DNA of 64,000 nucleotides from Escherichia coli (GTDB lineage Bacteria; Pseudomonadota; Gammaproteobacteria; Enterobacterales; Enterobacteriaceae): NCBI RefSeq assembly GCF_003018255.1, contig NZ_CP027440.1; one strand, 5' to 3'. Shown piece by piece: positions 58,397 to 64,000 of this stretch (position 1 is its first letter; each line of letters starts with the position of its first letter). The notes under the pieces were generated by a model. It saw only the letters and a program-made list of their open reading frames with translations, ran no database searches and was not told where the DNA came from. The position numbers and the translations under genes were made by a program.

Positions 58397-59836
58397 ATGT
58401 CAGTACCCGTTCAACATCCTATGTATATTGATGGACAGTTTGTTACCTGGCGTGGAGACGCATGGATTGATGTGGTAAACCCTGCTACAGAGGCTGTCAT
58501 TTCCCGCATTCCCGATGGTCAGGCCGAGGATGCCCGTAAGGCAATCGATGCAGCAGAACGTGCACAACCAGAATGGGAAGCGTTGCCTGCTATTGAACGC
58601 GCCAGTTGGTTGCGCAAAATCTCCGCCGGGATCCGCGAACGCGCCAGTGAAATCAGTACGCTGATTGTTGAAGAAGGGGGTAAGATCCAGCAGCTGGCTG
58701 AAGTCGAAGTGGCTTTTACTGCGGACTATATCGATTACATGGCGGAGTGGGCACGGCGTTATGAAGGCGAGATTATTCAAAGCGATCGTCCAGGAGAAAA
58801 TATTCTTCTGTTTAAACGTGCGCTTGGCGTGACTACCGGCATTCTGCCGTGGAACTTCCCGTTCTTCCTCATTGCCCGCAAAATGGCTCCCGCTCTTTTG
58901 ACCGGTAATACCATCGTCATTAAACCCAGTGAATTTACGCCAAACAATGCGATTGCATTCGCCAAAATTGTCGATGAAATAGGCCTTCCGCGCGGCGTGT
59001 TTAACCTTGTTCTGGGGCGTGGTGAAACCGTTGGGCAAGAACTGGCGGGTAACCCAAAGGTCGCAATGGTCAGTATGACAGGCAGCGTCTCTGCAGGTGA
59101 AAAGATTATGGCGACTGCGGCGAAAAACATCACCAAAGTGTGCCTGGAATTGGGGGGTAAAGCACCGGCTATCGTAATGGACGATGCCGATCTTGAACTG
59201 GCAGTCAAAGCCATCGTTGATTCACGCGTCATTAATAGTGGGCAAGTGTGTAACTGTGCAGAACGTGTTTATGTACAGAAAGGCATTTATGATCAGTTTG
59301 TCAATCGGCTGGGTGAAGCGATGCAGGCGGTTCAATTTGGTAACCCCGCTGAACGCAACGACATTGCGATGGGGCCGTTGATTAACGCCGCGGCGCTGGA
59401 AAGGGTCGAGCAAAAAGTGGCGCGCGCAGTAGAAGAAGGGGCGAGAGTGGCGTTGGGTGGCAAAGCGGTAGAGGGGAAAGGATATTATTATCCGCCGACA
59501 TTGCTGCTGGATGTTCGCCAGGAAATGTCGATTATGCATGAGGAAACCTTTGGCCCGGTTCTGCCGGTGGTCGCATTTGACACGCTGGAAGAGGCTATCT
59601 CAATGGCGAATGATAGTGATTACGGCCTGACCTCATCAATCTATACCCAAAATCTGAACGTCGCGATGAAAGCCATTAAAGGGCTGAAGTTTGGTGAAAC
59701 TTACATCAACCGTGAAAACTTCGAAGCTATGCAAGGATTCCACGCCGGATGGCGTAAATCTGGTATTGGCGGCGCAGATGGCAAACATGGCTTGCATGAA
59801 TATCTGCAGACCCAGGTGGTTTATTTACAGTCTTAA
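58397..59836 (+). CDS. aldA: lactaldehyde dehydrogenase AldA (NAD-dependent aldehyde dehydrogenase)
   Basis: 479 aa with catalytic Cys in the NSGQVCNCAER context and LELGGKAP Glu motif. Confidence 0.95.
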   Translation: MSVPVQHPMYIDGQFVTWRGDAWIDVVNPATEAVISRIPDGQAEDARKAIDAAERAQPEWEALPAIERASWLRKISAGIRERASEISTLIVEEGGKIQQLAEVEVAFTADYIDYMAEWARRYEGEIIQSDRPGENILLFKRALGVTTGILPWNFPFFLIARKMAPALLTGNTIVIKPSEFTPNNAIAFAKIVDEIGLPRGVFNLVLGRGETVGQELAGNPKVAMVSMTGSVSAGEKIMATAAKNITKVCLELGGKAPAIVMDDADLELAVKAIVDSRVINSGQVCNCAERVYVQKGIYDQFVNRLGEAMQAVQFGNPAERNDIAMGPLINAAALERVEQKVARAVEEGARVALGGKAVEGKGYYYPPTLLLDVRQEMSIMHEETFGPVLPVVAFDTLEEAISMANDSDYGLTSSIYTQNLNVAMKAIKGLKFGETYINRENFEAMQGFHAGWRKSGIGGADGKHGLHEYLQTQVVYLQS

Positions 59837-59847
59837 TGAGTGGAAGA

Positions 59848-59868
59848 GGCGGAGGTTTTTCCTCCGCC
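59848..59868. terminator. bidirectional hairpin between the convergent aldA and gapC genes
   Basis: GGCGGAGGTTTTTCCTCCGCC perfect stem-loop. Confidence 0.6.
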
Positions 59869-59876
59869 TGTGTGCG

Positions 59877-60878
59877 TCAGAGTTTAGCGAATTTTTCGAG
59901 GGTGCGAATGAGTTGTGTGACGAAGCCATATTCGTTATCGTACCAGGCGACCGTTTTCACCAGTTGTAAATCGCCCACGGCGGTAATTTCCGTTTGCGTG
60001 GCATCAAACACCGACCCGAAATGGCTGCCAATGATATCGGAAGAGACTATTTCTTCATCGGTATAACCAAATGACTCGTTATTGGTGGTTGCTTGTTTAA
60101 GTGCGTTATTCACCTCTTCGGCAGTCACTTTTTTTGCGAGAATGGACACCAGCTCAGTGACCGAACCTGTTTTCACCGGCACGCGTTGCGCATGACCTTT
60201 CAGTTTGCCGCTCAGTTCCGGGATCACCAGACCAATGGCTTTTGCCGCACCTGTAGTGTGGGGAATGATATTTTCTGCCGCTGCGCGTGAAGCTCGTAAA
60301 TCCTTCCCACGCGGACCATCCACCAGTGACTGGGTGCCGGTATAGGCATGAATGGTCGTCATCGTGCCGACTTCTATCCCGAAACTGTCATGCAAGGCTT
60401 TGGCCATCGGCGCAAGGCAGTTAGTGGTGCATGACGCCACGGAAACAATGGTGTCGTTGCCATCCAGAGTGTCGTCATTGACGTTATAAACGATAGTTTT
60501 CATTTCACCGGCAGGGGCGGAAATCAACACCTTCTTCGCACCAGCATCAAGGTGCGCCTGCGATTTCTCTGCGGAGGTATAAAAGCCAGTACATTCGACA
60601 ATGATTTCTGCGCCTTTCGCTTTCCATGGAATATTTTTAGCCTCTTTTTCGGCGTAAACCGCGATACTTTTTCCATCAACGATAAGTGAATCTTCCGTAA
60701 AATCAACGCTCCAGGGGAACGGTCCGTAGTTTGAATCATGTTTCAGCAGGTAGGCGAGAATTTTTGGGGAAGTGAGATCATTAATAGCGACAACGTCTAT
60801 GTTGCTTTTGACTTCAAGTAATCGACGCAACACCAGTCGACCGATACGACCAAAACCATTAATACCAACTTTACTCAT
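59877..60878 (-). CDS. gapC: glyceraldehyde-3-phosphate dehydrogenase GapC, intact
   Basis: 333 aa uninterrupted ORF with [11 protein letters not shown]-binding motif and active-site ASCTTNC. Confidence 0.9.
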   Translation of the reverse strand: MSKVGINGFGRIGRLVLRRLLEVKSNIDVVAINDLTSPKILAYLLKHDSNYGPFPWSVDFTEDSLIVDGKSIAVYAEKEAKNIPWKAKGAEIIVECTGFYTSAEKSQAHLDAGAKKVLISAPAGEMKTIVYNVNDDTLDGNDTIVSVASCTTNCLAPMAKALHDSFGIEVGTMTTIHAYTGTQSLVDGPRGKDLRASRAAAENIIPHTTGAAKAIGLVIPELSGKLKGHAQRVPVKTGSVTELVSILAKKVTAEEVNNALKQATTNNESFGYTDEEIVSSDIIGSHFGSVFDATQTEITAVGDLQLVKTVAWYDNEYGFVTQLIRTLEKFAKL

Positions 60879-61066
60879 GGTCTTCTCCTGTCAGGAACGT
60901 TCGGATGAAAATTGATCCTTTCCAGGCTTAGACCAGGATGGCGGGATGGGCAATCTACATTCTTGCAGTGAAACGTAACGTACTGAAAACGGGTGAACAA
61001 TATTTAATGAAATTTTAAGAAAAGCCCGTTATGTTAACGGCAAATTATGTTAAAGCAGGAAATGTT

Positions 61067-61597
61067 ATGGGAAATAAATACTCAAGGTTACAAATCAGCA
61101 TTCACTGGCTGGTCTTTTTGCTGGTTATCGTAGCGTATTGCGCAATGGAGTTTCGTGGTTTCTTCCCACGTAGCGATCGGCCCCTCATCAACATGATTCA
61201 TGTTTCCTGTGGCATCTCAATTCTCGTACTGATGGTGGTTCGTCTTTTGTTAAGACTGAAATACCCAACCCCGCCGATTATACCTAAGCCAAAACCGATG
61301 ATGACGGGACTGGCGCATTTGGGCCATTTGGTGATTTATCTCCTGTTTATTGCGCTGCCAGTGATTGGTTTGGTGATGATGTATAACCGGGGTAACCCGT
61401 GGTTTGCGTTTGGTATGACGATGCCTTATGCATCAGAGGCCAATTTCGAACGGGTTGATAGCTTAAAGTCGTGGCATGAAACGCTGGCGAATCTGGGATA
61501 TTTTGTCATCGGGTTGCACGCTGCGGCTGCACTGGCACACCACTATTTCTGGAAGGACAACACACTTCTACGCATGATGCCGCGTAAACGTTCCTGA
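61067..61597 (+). CDS. cybB: cytochrome b561 CybB
   Basis: Start at MGNKYSRLQISIHWLVF gives 176 aa with four TM helices and conserved His. Confidence 0.9.
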   Translation: MGNKYSRLQISIHWLVFLLVIVAYCAMEFRGFFPRSDRPLINMIHVSCGISILVLMVVRLLLRLKYPTPPIIPKPKPMMTGLAHLGHLVIYLLFIALPVIGLVMMYNRGNPWFAFGMTMPYASEANFERVDSLKSWHETLANLGYFVIGLHAAAALAHHYFWKDNTLLRMMPRKRS

Positions 61598-61841
61598 AGG
61601 ATATTTAAAGAAAACGCCTGTACTAAAACCGACCCGTGGTACAGGCGAAGAATACGGGTCTACATCGGAAGCGCCTATTATATTTATTTGTATGACAAAT
61701 AAAACCATAATCCTTGCCCATACGTCCATCTGGCTTATTTTTAATCAATTCACCCGATCTTTGATCTCATCAACGGTATCAAAATAAACCAGCGTATAAC
61801 GTTAAAATCGAACATAAGATTCGATAAATCATGGAGGTTAT

Positions 61842-62015
61842 ATGAAAAAACTGGCACTTATCTTGGTTATAGGAACGCTTGTTTCCTTTTATGCCGATGC
61901 CGGGCGCAAACCCTGTTCTGGTTCGAAAGGGGGGATCTCACACTGTACGGCAGGCGGCAAATTTGTTTGTAATGATGGTTCTATTAGTGCATCGAAAAAA
62001 ACATGCATTAACTGA
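61842..62015 (+). CDS. ydcA: small secreted Cys-rich protein YdcA
   Basis: 57 aa with signal peptide ([20 protein letters not shown]); ribosome-binding site GGAGG at 61832-61836. Confidence 0.7.
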   Translation: MKKLALILVIGTLVSFYADAGRKPCSGSKGGISHCTAGGKFVCNDGSISASKKTCIN

Positions 62016-62086
62016 AGTGTAAAAGGGGTGCCATGAGAAAATGAATCTGCTAGTCAGATGCGCGGGGAAAATCCCCGCGCTTGCCC

Positions 62087-62236
<150 letters not shown>

Positions 62237-62634
62237 AGCCTTTCTCCTTGCCGGATGGTGGGTAAGAGGCTAAGATCTGAATTGCTGTGTTCATTCGTTG
62301 GCCTCGGTTGATAGAAATATCGGTCGGGGCCTTCGTCTTTCTGATTCCCGGTTAGCCTGAAAACAGAAAGTCTCAGGCACCCGCAGGCATCCTATGAGGT
62401 TTCCTTAGGGACGAAAATAATCACTTTACGAAATTGCGTGCTGTTTTCCAGAATTTTTCGTCATTCGGGTTAGCCAGTTTAGCCATTCGTTACTCTCTTC
62501 ATTCCAATAGCATTAATTTTCTCTGCAATAATTGTTGTAAAAATGTGACGCAAAGAGGTTTTTGGTCATAAGTAATTACCGTCAAGTGCCGATGACTTTC
62601 TATCAGGAGTAAACCTGGACGAGAGACAACGGTA

Positions 62635-64000
62635 ATGAATACAACTCCCTCACAGCGATTAGGTTTTTTGCATCACATCAGGCTGGTTCCGTTATTTGCC
62701 TGCATTCTTGGCGGTATCTTAGTTCTATTCGCATTAAGTTCTGCTCTGGCTGGCTATTTCCTCTGGCAGGCCGATCGCGATCAGCGTGATGTTACTGCGG
62801 AGATTGAGATTCGGACCGGGTTAGCGAACAGTTCAGATTTTTTGCGTTCAGCCCGGATCAATATGATTCAGGCCGGGGCAGCGAGTCGTATTGCGGAAAT
62901 GGAATCAATGAAGCGAAATATTGCGCAAGCCGAATCGGAGATTAAACAGTCGCAGCAAGGTTATCGTGCTTATCAGAATCGGTCGGTGAAAACACCTGCT
63001 GATGAAGCCCTCGACACTGAATTAAATCAACGCTTCCAGGCTTATATCACGGGTATGCAACCTATGTTGAAATATGCCAAAAATGGCATGTTTGAAGCGA
63101 TTATCAATCATGAAAGTGAGCAGATCCGACCGCTGGATAATGCTTATACCGATATTTTGAGCAAAGCCGTTAAGATACGTAGCACCAGAGCCAACCAACT
63201 GGCGGAACTGGCCCATCAGCGCACCCGCCTGGGTGGGATGTTCATGATTGGCGCGTTTGTGCTTGCCCTGGTCATGACGCTGATAACATTTATGGTGCTA
63301 CGTCGGATCGTCATTCGTCCACTGCAACATGCCGCACAACGGATTGAAAAAATCGCCAGTGGCGATCTGACGATGAATGATGAACCGGCGGGTCGTAATG
63401 AAATCGGTCGCTTAAGTCGTCATTTACAGCAAATGCAGCATTCACTGGGGATGACAGTAGGGACTGTTCGACAGGGTGCGGAAGAGATTTATCGTGGCAC
63501 CAGCGAAATTTCCGCTGGCAATGCGGACCTTTCATCTCGCACCGAAGAACAAGCGGCGGCAATCGAACAAACTGCCGCCAGCATGGAGCAACTCACTGCG
63601 ACGGTGAAACAGAATGCGGATAACGCGCATCATGCCAGCAAACTGGCGCAAGAGGCTTCTATTAAAGCCAGCGATGGCGGGCAGACGGTTTCCGGTGTAG
63701 TAAAAACGATGGGCGCTATCTCCACGAGTTCGAAGAAAATTTCTGAGATCACCGCCGTCATCAACAGTATTGCTTTCCAGACGAATATTCTGGCACTGAA
63801 TGCTGCCGTTGAAGCCGCGCGAGCGGGTGAGCAAGGGCGTGGATTTGCCGTTGTCGCCAGCGAAGTACGGACACTCGCAAGCCGCAGCGCTCAGGCGGCG
63901 AAAGAGATTGAAGGCTTGATCAGTGAATCAGTCAGGTTAATTGACCTGGGATCGGATGAGGTGGCCACGGCCGGGAAAACCATGAGCACTATTGTTGATG
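62635..64000 (+). CDS. trg: methyl-accepting chemotaxis protein Trg (MCP-III), 5' partial; continues beyond the window end
   Basis: N-terminal TM, periplasmic domain, TM2, HAMP and the start of the methyl-accepting signalling domain; no stop before position 64000. Confidence 0.9.
   Translation, partial: MNTTPSQRLGFLHHIRLVPLFACILGGILVLFALSSALAGYFLWQADRDQRDVTAEIEIRTGLANSSDFLRSARINMIQAGAASRIAEMESMKRNIAQAESEIKQSQQGYRAYQNRSVKTPADEALDTELNQRFQAYITGMQPMLKYAKNGMFEAIINHESEQIRPLDNAYTDILSKAVKIRSTRANQLAELAHQRTRLGGMFMIGAFVLALVMTLITFMVLRRIVIRPLQHAAQRIEKIASGDLTMNDEPAGRNEIGRLSRHLQQMQHSLGMTVGTVRQGAEEIYRGTSEISAGNADLSSRTEEQAAAIEQTAASMEQLTATVKQNADNAHHASKLAQEASIKASDGGQTVSGVVKTMGAISTSSKKISEITAVINSIAFQTNILALNAAVEAARAGEQGRGFAVVASEVRTLASRSAQAAKEIEGLISESVRLIDLGSDEVATAGKTMSTIVD

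Overview
This window reads as an Escherichia coli chromosomal segment syntenic with the K-12 ycjY-mppA-fnr-ogt ... ttcA-(Rac)-uspF-ompN-ydbK-ldhA-ydbH ... ynbABCD-azoR-hrpA-aldA-cybB-hokB-trg region, but from a non-K-12 strain. All gene names come from recognising the translated ORFs and gene order by memory; no database search was run. Most of the window is conserved core genome. The accessory content is: (1) an AraC-family regulator with a divergent HlyD/EmrA-like plus EmrB-like MFS efflux pair sitting where K-12 has abgRABT; (2) a heavily deleted Rac-like cryptic prophage of about 13.8 kb inserted in the 5' end of ttcA, keeping intR-xisR-rcbA-ralR, a recT remnant fused to a J-like tail-tip remnant, lom and a side tail fibre, and carrying an AT-rich MFS transporter and the sitABCD Mn/Fe uptake operon as cargo next to attR; (3) apparent absence of the fea/paa cluster, leaving a feaR 3' fragment beside an orphan paaY; (4) a (GTAAC)11 pentanucleotide microsatellite that breaks the ydbD reading frame; (5) an in-frame amber codon in ynbD; (6) an intact gapC. 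I found no rRNA, tRNA, CRISPR array or IS element. I did not find a clearly novel multi-gene system; the most unusual items are the ydbD microsatellite, the remodelled tail fibre with orphan tfa remnants, and the GGGGCAAA repeats at both prophage arms. Many six-frame ORFs antisense to large genes are treated as spurious.
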